Shown: positions 25,594 to 38,921 of the stretch, piece by piece | How positions within the stretch are numbered: position 1 is the first letter of the stretch | Layout of the letters: each line of letters starts with the position of its first letter | Source: Vermamoeba vermiformis | Taxonomy: Eukaryota | Assembly: GCA_045837725.1 (NCBI GenBank) | Contig: JBEWZL010000235.1 | Coordinates: forward strand, 310,001 to 374,000 | Direction of reading: 5' to 3' | DNA length: 64,000 nt | Translations under genes and position numbers: made by a program | Notes under the pieces: model-generated | The model's database searches: none | The model's input: the letters and a program-made list of their open reading frames with translations, nothing else | What the model was told of the DNA's origin: nothing

Positions 25594-28500
25594 TTAATTC
25601 AACAAATCAATTAACAAAGTTTTGCCAGTGGCAGTACCAATACAAATCATCGTGTTGTTGTGCAGACTGGCAGTCATGCACGTGATGTCTGAAATAGTGT
25701 CGTCGTGGAGCGTTATCATGCGTTGAATAGTCAGAGTCTAAATAATAGTGTCAGAAAGATCAGATCTGCATCCGACTCGTGAAAAAATAATTCTTTCTTA
25801 CCTTGCTGTCTAGCACGAGAATATTATCATCGCGCAAGCAAAGATAAATATGAGTGCCTTGTGCCTATATAAATTGAGATTAGAAACACGTGAGGAATTT
25901 CGCGAAACCAAACAAAAAAATGATAAAAACTGAAAAACGATTACTAAATTTGGAAGAAGTTTTTGTTAGGTAGCCTGAAGAAAATATCTGCAAACTTACG
26001 CTCCAAGCTGCAAATTTAATTGGCGCCAAATCCTCTCGGTGTTTGTACTTGGCCACTAACGTCAGATCTCGCTTGCAAATCACAACGTAATTGTTGCGTG
26101 ACATCAAGACACGTGTCTCGTCCAGTTGTCGGGACTCTCCGAAGACACCAGGCGGCGTGAAGACTGTGATGCGCACGTCACCTTCGCCGTCCAAGACAGC
26201 TTGCGTGTGTCGTTTGAATTCGTACATGTCATTCTCTTTGACCATGCGCCACGCTGACACTTTGCTGGAATATTACCAAAAAAGGAAATATCAGTATGGA
26301 ATGATCGTTCATGAATGGTAAAATGATTTTGCTTACCCGTCTTTGCTGCCAGCAAGTGCGTAATAACTTGACAGTTTGTAAATTGGTGCAAAGGCAATTG
26401 CTACAAGCGGAAAAATGTTAATTTTTTGAATAACATTGATAAAATTTGATTGTTTTTTTACCTGTAATTTCATAGGTCTGCACGCCATCGTTCAAAATTG
26501 CAGTTTTGAGTTCTGGTTTGTTGACATGCGAGTTGAATCGATACAATTCTCCTTTCTAAAAATAGAAATAACCAAATTAGGCAAACACATCACCGCACAA
26601 CACGCTTACCTTAGTGCCTAACAGCAGCAAATTATTGTCTTGCGGGCACATGGCGTAGACAGTCAAGCCAAAGTCAGCAGGTGGCGTGTAGAGTCGTGCT
26701 TTGAAGCCCAATGTCTTCTTGTCCTTCACTTGCAACAGCCGCAAATCACCTTCAGCATTCGTCAGGGTGAAGGCGTCGCTCTGAAATTTCAAAGTTATGA
26801 GTATTTCCTTATTTGGTAATCGAGGTAATGCGTACGTTAGTGATGGCCAAGGCAGGGTACTCAGCGTTGCAGTGCAAATTGGGATCTTCGAAGAAACTGA
26901 AGCCGGGCTGCGAGTCCAACGTCAACTACAAATCAAGTTCCAGTTTAGTAATCCGTTCATGAATTAATGGTTCACTGAACCGTAGGCACACCGTACCTTT
27001 TCAGCAGGATGGAACCAAACTTTGTGATGTCCGTTTGCGGCCATTGCAAACAACATGTTTTCTAAATTAGGAAGTGTCAGAAGGGTTTAGAATGACACGT
27101 GTCAAATTTCAATTTTGGATTACCGTTCCAGCTGAATCTGACGGCACGAATCGCGGCAGTAGGAGTGTCAGGCAACAACAGCTTGCGGAAATTTCGTACG
27201 GGAATGATGCGCGGAACAACTGGTGTTGGTGCAGGTGTCGGGGTTGGGGTTGGCGTGGGAGTGCTTGTCTGTGGCACGGGCACTGCGCTCTTGGTGGGAG
27301 TAGAGGTCGCAGAGCTCTTTTGCAGGGCCTTGGAGAGCGGACCTTGCGAGCCTTGCGATCCCGAGCCACGTGACTGTGACTGCTGCGAGGAAGACTTTTC
27401 AACTTCCATCTCGTCGTGACCTTGCGCCTCATCACCGCTGTCCACCAGCATCTCATCGTCGTGACTCGGCAACTTGCCGCCTGTTTTACGTGCACTGTCC
27501 GCACCAGTCGCTGTTTCAAGAAAAAACACGTGTCAGATACCGTGATAAAACTCTATTGATTAATTAGACTTGCCTTTTTTGGCACCTGCTGGTGGCGGAA
27601 CATTAGTCGATGATCTTCTCTTGCCGCTGTCAACACGACCACTGTCATCGAATGTCACGGCATTGGGAATCTACATAGATATTAGACCACTTGCCTAATT
27701 AGGAATAATGGGCTTGGACGTACCTTGAAGTGGGTCTGAGCCTCAGAGTTAGCGAGAATGACCACTGAATCGTTGTCCAATGTCGCAGCCAACAATTGTC
27801 CGAGCTTGTTGAAGTTGACAGCCAGGACCAGTCTGTTCTGTGTCAATTCTTCCGACACGCGTGCAATTACACTGTAATCCGTGATTTGATAGAACTTGAT
27901 CACTTTGTCGTCCGGCACGGCTAACAAGTTTTGATAGGCTGACATTGCCACAGGCTCTTTAGACGTCTTTCTAAACTCTTTGAACTCGGCCTTCTTCATG
28001 TCCGTGCTCGTGTAGTCCCATTCGACCAATGAGCGCGGGCCAGTACCCACTGAAAACACGCGCGTGGCCACCGTGACAAAATCACACACGCTAAAAATAG
28101 CTCCGTTAGTACTTGTTGCTCGGCACCTACGATGATTTTTTGATATTTTGATGAAATTTCTTTCGTACCCGTTCTCGCTGGGCAAGCCTAAAGGCTCAGG
28201 CACGGCCAATTCGCTACAGAGTGTCCTGCAACAGAACGCCACGTTGTGTTTGGACGCGAGCAACAAGAATTGATATTCTGAGTCCCCTTGTTGCGTGACA
28301 AACTCGCCAATAGCAGTAATATCCTGGATACAAGAGTCAACATTGGGATTGCCTAATTTGGAAATTAAATTTGGTTTGTCTTACGTGGCCTTCAGGAATT
28401 TCGTATTTATGTTCGAGTTTGGCAGTCACAGCGTCCCAGCCAAACGCATTGCCGTCCACATCAGCTGAAATAATCATCGTCTTGTGACTATAATAGAATA

Positions 28501-30656
28501 TTAATATTTATATCATTCATTAATAACAATTGCGTTCTTACCCTTTGCTGCGACTAATTTTGTAGTCACTATCTTTGCCGTCAGTTCTAGAGAAAAAAAT
28601 TTTAATTAAAGTGGCACGTGTCATATAAAACAAGAATTTTTGTACGTACAAGTACGCGTCAACAAATGCAAATTTTTGAACATTTGCATCGTGCACGATT
28701 GTCCTAGCCTCCGCGAATTCATTTTCAGACTTAAAGCGGAACAAATCGATCGCGTTGTCATCAATGTACGACACCGCTATAAAAAAAAATCACGTGTTAG
28801 TATGAATACCAAAAGAATTCTTGCAATGATTATCCGACCAATCACGTACCAAAGAATCGTCCGTCCTTTGAAAAGTCCAAGGCGGCAATAGGTTTCTTAT
28901 GCGCAGCACAATATTCATGGCCGACCTTCAAATCGATCAACGTGATTGAGCCACCACTCATAGAATTAATGCAAACTAAGAGTTATTCCGTTAGACCGGT
29001 CTACTTGCCTAATATAGTAAACTTTTTTTTTACGTACCAATGAGGATGTGATCGTACTTGGGATTGAATTTCGCTGCGACAACTTTGCAGTCGCGGAATT
29101 TCAAAGTGGTCAATAGCCGCACGGGCAACACTTCTTCTTCCTCCTCGTCTTCAGGCTTGGCAACACGTGCTTTTTTCTTCTTGGGCCCGTCGTCTACAGG
29201 CGTCGTGGCCGAGCGTTTCAACTTGGTGGTGGTGCCGCTGGGTGTGGCCGCGGTGGTGCCGTTAGAACTGCTCGGTGACACGCCATTGGACTTGGAAGAC
29301 TGTGAATTCGGTGTGTTATTGACGCTGGTATTGTTGTTGTTAATGGCGAGTTTTTCTTGTTGGCCTGTAGCCGCTGCTCGTTGTTGCGTTGGACTCGCTT
29401 CAACACGTTTCTCAGACTTTTCAGACTTCTCACTCGCTTCTTCTTTGCTCGCAGCACTCGAGTTCGGGAGGACCTCGGGTTTGTGACCCACGCCGTTGAT
29501 CTAAAAATAGAATTAATGGCCGTGTCATGCAGCGGAATAAAGAGTAGTACTGTAGATTTTTACCTTGCGAGGAGGCAACACGTCGTCTGGTGCTTTGTAA
29601 CCACAACGATGGTCTTCGAATAAAGTCCAAATATAGTTCTGTGGCGTGTCTGATTTGGGCTTGCAAAGATTGTGCTGGTAATTCAAACTAAACAAAAAAT
29701 TGAATTAATTTCTATTGATTTTAGATCCATCGCTTTTATTCATGAATTTTTATGCTAATAGCAAGAATATTTGCATATTGGTTCATGAACGAATTACCTA
29801 TGATTAAGAAGCGTTTTCAAACGACCTTCAGGCACGTTGACAGGTCGTAATTGATCAGCCAATACTCGCATCAGTCCTTTTTCTATTTTTTGATTCCATA
29901 ATGCCTCGCGGTACTTTGATGTGTCGCGCCATGATTTGAGATTATCATCGATTTTACTAAATTAGGAAAAATTAAAGTGATGTTCTCAATGTAAGTACGT
30001 CAATGATTATTTTATCGTTTTTAAGCGCCATAATAATATTAATATTATTCTATAATATTTTAAAAATTATACGTACTCTAAATCTTGCGTAAAGCTCTCG
30101 TACAAAATTTTCTTCAAGCTTTCATAGATCGGCTCGCTTTTAACGAACGCAAAATCGTCTTTTAATAACTGTAATGCCGCGCCGTATTCCTTTCTATAAT
30201 AATAAAAATTAGATTTAAGTTTTGCGTCTTTGTTTCAGATCTGCCTCGATCGTTCAATGAAAAATCTGTACCTGTGAACAGCCTCAAAGAAATACTCTTT
30301 CAAAATATCAAATAATATTATTTGATGATCAGGGCCATGGTCCACTGATAGAAAGCCTCGCAAATACTTTTTGAGGGTTACAAAATCTGATGCGACGAAG
30401 AGCTGCTTCGCGTAAGCAATATCAAAATAATATCCCGATGCGCTCTCCAATCTATACAATAATAGTATTAATTAAACTGCTATAATTAAAGCGAATGGTA
30501 TTTTTAAAAATATTTCTAAACTGGATGCGCTAGTTCTTCTTGCATTTGCAGTATATCGATATTATTAATAACATACGCATGAACAGCTTCGGTCCACTCG
30601 CGCTCTTTCAAGAAGCCATGGATTAGGCCAACTATATCCGGGATCAACTTATCCAT
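25594..30656 (-). CDS. TOPLESS-like LisH-CTLH + WD40 repeat protein
   Basis: IVGLIHGFLKEREWTEAVHA|LESASGYYFDIAYAKQLF...LKKYLRGF...IILFDILKEYFFEAV resembles the TPL N-terminal domain. A low-complexity linker follows, then two WD40-like blocks (AAKFNPKYDHILIG, AVNFNKLGQLLAA, AVRFSWN). Confidence 0.7.
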
Positions 30657-30978
30657 TGCCTTTAGATCCCCTAATATCAATATAAAAATACTTCAAATAG
30701 GAGTTCTATTGTCGATAGGCAACGACGAATATAAAAAATACCCTTAACACCTGAATTAAAATATTGTTAGGCCTTTTCGCGCGAAAGAAAAAATAATTCT
30801 GTTGTCCGGACCTATTGAGTTTATTTGTTTAATCCTGCGCTATAAGGTTATCATAAATCAATTCGTATAATAATATGCTTGATGAAGCGATAGACGATGA
30901 AGCCTAAAATTAGAAATCAAAAAATGAAGATATTTGTTTCAATTTTGACGATCAGATCGCAACAATAGATAATTTAAT

Positions 30979-32872
30979 ATGGAGCATAAAAGCCCTGAAT
31001 CGCAATATGTTCATGGGCCCGAGATAAGAGGCCCAGCTCGTCCTTTAGCCTTGCCCATCTACACATCTTCCACTTACAGACTCGAGAACGCACACCACGG
31101 TAAAATTAGTTGCAAATAATTATGAAATATTAATAATTAATTAGGTGCCGTACTTTGTGAACGAGAAGAGGTCCCTAAAGGCAGTTCTCCGTGGTTGTAC
31201 TCGAGGTAAAAAAATTTTTGACAAATACCAGGCCATTTTTAACTACACATTCAATACTGCAGATTGGAATATCATATTTAAGTCATATTAAATTATCAAA
31301 CATAATTTTTAATTCAAACATTCGGATTTTCGCACCTTTCTGACGATCTAGCTTAGATGGGGCAATCCAACGACAGATGCAGTTGCTAGACATATTGCCG
31401 AAATAGAAGGAGGGTAAGATAATACAGAAATACGGATTAAATCGATATCACATCAAATTTTTGACATCCATTCCGACAGTGCTGGATGCATCTTGACTTC
31501 CTCAGGCATGGCAGCTATATCCACAACGCTATTAACCTTCTTAAATCCTGGCGACCATATTGTATGCGGTAGCTCTATTTACGGTAAGTTTCTAGCACCT
31601 GTTGCGTCTTCTTGGATTTGATCTAAGATCTGCTAGGCGGTACAAGCGAGCTAATTCGAGGATTTTTGCAAAAATGGGGAATTCAAGCGACTTGGGTAAG
31701 CCATAATAAGACTATTATAAATACGCTATGCAGATTAACTGATTTGTACTGCAGGTTGATAGTAAAGACATCGCTAATTACCGTCGTGCAATTCAACCTA
31801 ACACTAAAATATTATATGGCGAGAGTCCTTCTAATCCGACATTAGAGTAAGACTAAATACCATATCTCTTGAGTAGATCTGACTCCGATCTTTTTTTAGC
31901 ATGGTTGATTTCGATGCCTTAGCCACATTGGGAAAAGAACATAATATAATGTAAGTCTAATACTATGCAGAGTCTAATATAGAGCCTCTATATAATCGTA
32001 CTAACGCATCGCTTAAAGAACGATAATTGACGGTACTTTTGGATCTCCGTACAACCAAACACCGCTCAAGCACGGCCTCGATATCGTTATCCACAGCGCT
32101 ACTAGTATGTATATACATTGTTTTTTCATATATTAGTCGCGAACTAACGACCCTATCAAATTACAGAATTCCTTGGCGGTCATTCGGATCTGCTCGCAGG
32201 AGTGATTGCAATCCGTAGAGAAGAGCACTGCGAGCCTGTATGGAACACATTGAAGTTATTTGGCGGTGCATTATCGCCTTGGGACTCATTTTTGCTGGAA
32301 CGCGGGATCAAGACTTTAGCGTTACGTGTAGCTCGTCAAAATGATAACGCGAACAAATTAGCGCATTTTTTGAATAGCCATCCTAAAATAGAAAAAGTTC
32401 ATTACCCTGGCTTAGCTTCGCATCCACAGCACGAACTGGCCAAGCGACAAATGAAAGGCTTCGGAGGCATGATTTCTTTTGAAGTGAAGGGCGGAATCCA
32501 AGCTGGCATTAAGCTCATCGAATCAGTTAAATTGATTGCATTGGCGGTATCACTCGGAGGATGTGAATCGTTGATCGAACACGCTGCTTCTATGACTCAT
32601 TTACACGTGCCAAGTGTAAGATCCGCAATCCTTTTTATGAACCGAAATTTCTCTTCTTTACACGGTTATTAACCTCTTATCTAATAGGAAGAACGAATTA
32701 AAGCAGGAATCACCGATGGACTAATCAGATTTTCCGTTGGTAAGTTGGAACATAAAATAATTTTGCATAGATCTCATCCGTTCGAACGAAAAAGCTAATC
32801 AATTGTATTTTAGGCATTGAACATGTGGACGACTTAATTGAAGATTTAAGACAGGCACTAGAATTAATTTAG
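30979..32872 (+). CDS. Cys/Met metabolism PLP enzyme (methionine or cystathionine gamma-lyase family)
   Basis: PIYTSSTY, YSRWGNPT, SSGMAAI, ESPSNP, HSATKFLGGHSD, GFGGMISF and AVSLGGCESL across introns. Confidence 0.92.
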
Positions 32873-32993
32873 AGAAAGAATAATCGTCAATTAAACGTCG
32901 TTTTCATCCAGTATTTACCCAGGAGTACATTAATAATTTACAATAACAGCTTGTACCGAAGTAACTACAATACTATTAATAATGAATATTAGT

Positions 32994-34069
32994 CTACGGT
33001 TCCCATCCATGTTGAAGTGCAACGCGTGTAAAAGCTTCTTTAGCCTATGAAATGTAACGAGTTAAGCGGTCAATTGTATTGATATTGCTGCGAAGTACCT
33101 CTTTTTCTGTATATTTTGACTTATGATGATGGCTAAATAAGACATTAATAAGCAAGAGCAATTGAGAAGCAAGATCCAGTGAACTTACAAATCGATCGCG
33201 GCACCACCGTCTACTAATAACTGTCGAATCATAACAAATATCTAATATATATTTTAGTAACACTTACATATTATTTATAAGATCGGATAATATGTCTTAC
33301 CTGAATTAAATCATTCTCTGGATTCCATCCGGACCTCGTCAGATCATAAACGCAAATTGAGCCACCAATAGTGATATGGCCAGTATACTATAGTAAAATA
33401 TTAACATAATGTGCTAAGAAGAGGATTATACGCGGCTCCTAAAACCGGTTATTGCGAGCCGAAAGAATTACGGATGTGGTACCTGTCTAAAGCGAGGATA
33501 AACAACGCGAATAAATGGTGGCGTGCTTGGATAATCTTTTGGAAACAATATTTCGAGGCATACGCCTTCTTTGCCAGTCTTCTCTTTGTATTTTTCGAGA
33601 TCCTTACTGAAATTGAAAAGGCACGTTAGTAACGTCAAACCAAAAATATCTTACAAATAAACACTCATATTAATACATAATTTTATATTGCACGTAGAAG
33701 TACGAATAGTACTGTTTGACGCTCAAAACAAGCACTTGATCAACAAAAGAAAATTTAGGGAATTCAGCACAAATTTGAAAAATCGACGAGAATATATTGT
33801 TAATTGGCAATGGTAATATGAATAATAAAGGATAGGCTCCAACGTCCAAGTAATATTTCAAATAAAATTTAATTATTAATTTACCTCAGCGGGACCTCGG
33901 GTGCAAAATTAAATAGCCATACTTTCCACCTATAAATATTATCGTCTACTGTTTCAACTCTAAATCCTTCTTTTTCGGGTTCTAACTCCAAGATCCCCGT
34001 CAACAACTTGAACAGATGTTCCGTCGTTTGCTTAGCGCCTCTATGGCCAACGACAGATGCATTACCCAT
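32994..34069 (-). CDS. UBE2Q-like ubiquitin-conjugating enzyme
   Basis: DDNIYRWKVWLF, FPKDYPSTPPFIRVVYPRF, GHITIGGSICVYDLTRSGW, and C-terminal AFTRVALQHGWEP*. Confidence 0.85.
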
Positions 34070-34525
34070 GATAATTAATAATATTAATAATGCAACTGTG
34101 GTACTGAACGAATAAAGTGAAAAACGAGCTGTTAGCCAAAAAACTCAGTTTAGCTTTAACAAATAGTTGGAGTACTCCCTCGACTCAACGATACTTACAT
34201 GCGTATGTTATTTAGAATCATGTTGTGATACCAACTCAGATCGATTGGAGTTTTTCCACTGCCTTCGCTAGAACTGATATTTGACGTCAAAATTATTTGC
34301 ATCGTTGCGGGTGAATACTTGATGAGTTGAACTTTAAAACTTGGCTCCACTAGTTCAACTAAATATTCACCAACATAGCGCTACTGGAAGTCAACAGGGG
34401 TCAAATTTCCCCCGCGGAACAACAAGCCAAACAAATAAATAAACATTTTTAAAACGTAAATTCCACTACACCCCTGATCGCTACCACAATTCGTTACATT
34501 GTAGAATAATGGACCTTCGACAATT

Positions 34526-34846
34526 ATGCTCCCAGTTAAGCTTCAACAGCTTCAACAGTTACAACAAATCGTACAACAGGAGTTGGCAACTTGGACCGCA
34601 GCCCCTGAGTACACGTTCAGTGGGCTAGCTAACCCTACTGTCCGCGAAAACCCGAATGTGGGTCCGGAAAATTGGGGTTTCCAGTTTTCGGACGCAAATA
34701 ACAGCTGGCATGTTTTTTACTTCCGGAATACAAACGACCCTGCGTTTAATACCCTGGCAGCTAATTCCTATGCCCCTATGAACTCTCGATGGAAAATTCA
34801 GCTCGGAGAGAATAATCGCATACTCAGGATTGCAAGGTTAAACTGA
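34526..34846 (+). CDS. Intronless hypothetical protein, 106 aa
   Basis: ATG-started ORF in otherwise AT-rich DNA, followed by AATAAA. No recognised motif. Confidence 0.4.
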   Translation: MLPVKLQQLQQLQQIVQQELATWTAAPEYTFSGLANPTVRENPNVGPENWGFQFSDANNSWHVFYFRNTNDPAFNTLAANSYAPMNSRWKIQLGENNRILRIARLN

Positions 34847-34908
34847 ATGAACATTGACGTCAAACACTTGTGAAACGATGCCAATAAATTTTCGCTCGAC
34901 CTTCTTCT

Positions 34909-35263
34909 TTATTACGCGTTTCAATCAAAAAACGAAACCCAAATTTTTTCACAATTTTATTGCAACATCAATTTTATTATGAAACTAATACGCAAATCCC
35001 CACCACTATCGAATTTTTATGGCTCGACCCTCTGTGTAGGGGAAAATGGGTGCGGGGAACTCGAATCTGTTGGTATTTTTTGATTTTGTGACAGATCGAT
35101 GACGCATCGAACGACCTTTCTAAATCCGCAAAATTTACGCGGTTTTTTGCCATAGACCATTAAATTATAATATAATACGTCATTTTTGAACAATTTGGTC
35201 TTCAAGATGTGCAAGTTTTTCTAATAAAATAAATTTTGTTGGTTTGAATGAAACGCGTAATAA
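34909..35263. mobile_element. MITE-like element with ~21-bp terminal inverted repeats and a possible TA target duplication
   Basis: TTATTACGCGTTTCAATCAAA (34909) and TTTGAATGAAACGCGTAATAA (ending 35263) are reverse complements with one mismatch. The interior is non-coding. Confidence 0.6.
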
Positions 35264-35859
35264 TATTGCAAAACGGTAATGCCCAATTCTTGACACTATG
35301 TTCCGTTACAACCGGCTCTACCTCTTCGCACAAGAGTGAGTAGAATCGGACCACTACCAACATCAATTTCAAAAATAATAAAAAAATTTATTTTATGTGG
35401 ACGCGATTAGAAATCTGCTTGTAATTACTTTTTGACAAAAAAAAGGCGATTGAGTCCCGGTTGACCCAAAAACGAAAAGTTTGTTCCTCTGTTTGCTTGG
35501 TTATTGAGAAAGTGAGCGATCCAACGATTTGTTTTCTTTTTTTGCCAGAACATTTATTTCGCACCAAGCAAGCACAGATCCTAAAAGAAGCGATATGTGC
35601 GATAGCGACGAAAGAGCTCAAAGAATTGATAGTGAGCATGCATGGTGGATGTGGTCATGAGTCTCTTGTCAGTTCAGAGTTACTTATTGCGCCTGTTGGC
35701 TCTTAGTTCGATTCGTAAGTGTCGGTTTGTTTCGTGACATGTAATTAGTTTAAGGAATAAATAGGAACAATTTGTTGATTTGAAACTGAAGTTTTAGTGT
35801 TACTAGCTATGTACATTGATTGTGTCTATTGGTAAGTAATTACCACGGTCAGTTGATAA

Positions 35860-36760
35860 TCATATATGATGATCAGTTAAGAACATAAATACGATTAGAA
35901 CAACCGTGACAATAATCACCGCTGTCGGATCCAAGGCCCAAGCTGCCGCCATAATCGCAATGTAGAAGAACCGAATGCCTATATAGTTCATTAATAACGC
36001 TTTGATAAATAGAAGTAATTAATATTTTATTACTAACCTATATTCCAATGCAAGGCTGCTCGTTTTAGAAGAAAGACTGACAGATCGCGAATCCGCTTCT
36101 CGGTCATTTTGTTATGCAAATGATCTTGAGCCTCAACATCAACAGGATCGGGTGGCGTGCATGTGATCCAAGTCACGTGCTTGTAATTTCGAATAACAAG
36201 TCCCATGTTAATGAAAGAGATGAACAGACACCCGCTGACGACTAAGAATTGCGTTCGCTGGTACGAACTTGACGCGGAACTGGACAGCGGAATAATTACA
36301 AAGGCAATAGAACTATAATGAATATTAATACGGAGTTGCACGTAAAGGTCTAAAGTAGATGTACCTTGAGATCGTGGCAAAGAACGTGGAAGCGGAAATT
36401 CCGTTACTAGGATTATAATTAATAATTTAAAAATAAGGGCTATATTATTGTAGCATACCGAGTCGTTTGAACGCATAAGATTGCATTTTTTGACACATCC
36501 GAACGAATAAGAGCGACCCAATTCTCATTTACTGATATCGCTCCGCGTAATAGTGTTCGTTGAGGGTATCGTTTTAATTCTATGATCCACGCCATTAAAT
36601 ATCTGAAATAAAGGATTAAACCCAGTTATGGATTATTTTCTGAAAATAATTAATAGATCAGAATGAATCTTGATCTTTGTCAAGAATTTAATTACCCTAT
36701 CATTAAGGTAGCGGATACTACAGGAGCAACAATTTCGTAAGTTGAGAGAGTGACACTCAT
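35860..36760 (-). CDS. DUF599-family membrane protein
   Basis: Spliced NAILCVQTTRNGISASTFFAT...HWNIGIRFFYIAIMAAAWALDP matches the DUF599 pattern (xVQTLRN...G.R.FY...W..GP). Confidence 0.75.
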
Positions 36761-37044
36761 CCGCGCCAAAAATTCCTTTTATTGTGCTGCTGATTATATT
36801 CGTGAAAGACAACAGATAACTGTTGTGTAATGTATTTGTACGTAAGAAAATTAAAAGGTAACATAAATTGCTCTCTTAAAAGCTGTTCGGAGTTTGGCCG
36901 TCGATCGGAGTTTGGTTGAATTGATTCTAGAGTCTTCCATGTAAGAGCACAAATATAATATAATTAAATCAATACATTTGCATTATTAGCTAACCATTGT
37001 TAATAATTAAAACAATATTTGTGGTGCTCGCCAAACGGTATTTG

Positions 37045-37377
37045 CTAATTTTTGATCAAACAGTTTTTCCTCTCCACTCGTCTTTGCAGCGAGAGTCGAG
37101 TTGTACGATCATAATTTCTGCAATACAAAAGCATTAGCGAGCTCTTGATGTCTGGTAATAATGAAGTAAGTTTGTTGTGCTGATCTTTCAATTTGCTTGC
37201 CGGATTAGGCTTTAGAACATTTTGTTCGCAATCTTCCGACGTAAAAATGCCTCGGTTGATATCGCCGCACTCCGATACTTTGCATTTATCAAGCATAAGT
37301 TTTAGATCATTCAATGCGAACGGTTTTTCCAAGTCCTCGCAATTCTGAAGTTTAAATTCACTATCACTACGTTCCAT
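37045..37377 (-). CDS. Hypothetical ORF, 110 aa
   Basis: ATG-started open frame only. No motif recognised. Confidence 0.25.
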   Translation of the reverse strand: MERSDSEFKLQNCEDLEKPFALNDLKLMLDKCKVSECGDINRGIFTSEDCEQNVLKPNPASKLKDQHNKLTSLLPDIKSSLMLLYCRNYDRTTRLSLQRRVERKNCLIKN

Positions 37378-38563
37378 ATTATGCTATTATAAACATATGA
37401 TCGCTAATGACCTTCCGCTGACCAAACCATAAATAGCCTTTTTAGGTCCAAGGCTGTTCTTGGTTCGCCCTCTCGGATCCTTCCGTAACTAGTCAAGAAC
37501 GCACATAGTGCTATACTAGTGATGATTAAGTTCATCATGGATTGATTTCGTTCATTAATAGAGCTCGGAGGCGTCAACGAATCGGCGTGGCAAGAGCATT
37601 TCTCCGCTCTTTAGAAGAATTGTTCCGACTGCCGATGCTAAAATAGCTATTGGCTAACCATTACTTAATGCAATTGTTGCGATTTCTCTGCGTTACTGAG
37701 GCAAATATCTTTTCGTCGGCGGAGTCAAAATCCGCTCTCCGCTGTACCAGATCGCTATTCCATTGAGGCACTCTATGTACATCTTATTATTATCATATAA
37801 TTGCGCGTGCTGTGTTTTGGGCAAGTTTGGTCGTTCGCTTGCGTTTGATTCATTTTCGCTTTTTGACTTGAAAGCCACACTTGCTTTTTAGTAGCACCGT
37901 ATACATGCCCTACAACCGCGCTATGTACAATTAAGCACGATAAGGGACACAAACTCGCTTTCTGAGCGTGGAATAGTCTCCCAGAATTGATCTCGTACGC
38001 GAGATTCGAATCTCGCTTACGCAACGAGGTTACTTATCAATAACTAGCCTCCTTATCGTATTGAACTCAATCATGCGATATTGTTATCCGTTTGCACCTT
38101 AAGGTAAGCCAAAAGCACGAAAGAAACTGGATGATCTTAATTTATTTCTTCGATCTGTAAATTTAGCTACACCAAGTACTCGAGATTTTTCTATATGGGG
38201 AATATTCTTTATATAGCTATTATTAGTTATTTTTGGCTGAATTGCCCAAAATTTGACAAATTTAATTTATCTTTCCTTTGCCTTCTTATCTTATCATTCG
38301 CATATCAATAATTTACTGCAAACCATATTATAGTATTTGGACTTATGATTCCTATTTAGCAGCGTACATTGACCGCCCGAGAGCCCGATCGACGGAATAG
38401 TCCTGGAAAAGATACGCAATGAACGGTTGGGAATGATTGCAGTAGTTTAACGCTCTATGCGGTAGATTTGCTATTTAAGGCAATAATCTGCCTTTAGGAA
38501 TTGATCCGGATGTACTCCACGACTTCCGCATGCAGGATTATCCCACCTCTATCTCCAGGCGAA

Positions 38564-38921
38564 AAATATAAAAGCGCTACGGCTTACAACCTACAATTCA
38601 AACAAACCAAGCAACACAGATCAACACAACAGTTCTAAAGATCTGCGCAGGACTAAAAGCACATCCGTAGTCTTGCCTCCCTGTACAAAGAAAGAAAAAC
38701 CGTCCGTCTACACCCGCGAAAGAAGAACAATTCCGAAAGACTCTACGTCTGAAGAAGAGTATTAGCAAAGAAAAAACAAAGAATCAAAGAAAGATCAACG
38801 CTCCGAATCCGAATCTAAACGAAGAAAGAAGACCGAACAACAACTTCTCCGAGAACACCCGAACTAGACTCAACAACAACAACACCCTCAACACGCTTGC
38901 TACACTAACAACTTACATTTC
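38564..38921 (+). promoter_or_regulatory. TATA-like box followed by a ~330-nt A/C-rich leader upstream of the surface-protein gene
   Basis: TATAAAAG near 38567, then a T-poor tract with no ATG up to the start codon at 38922. Confidence 0.45.
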
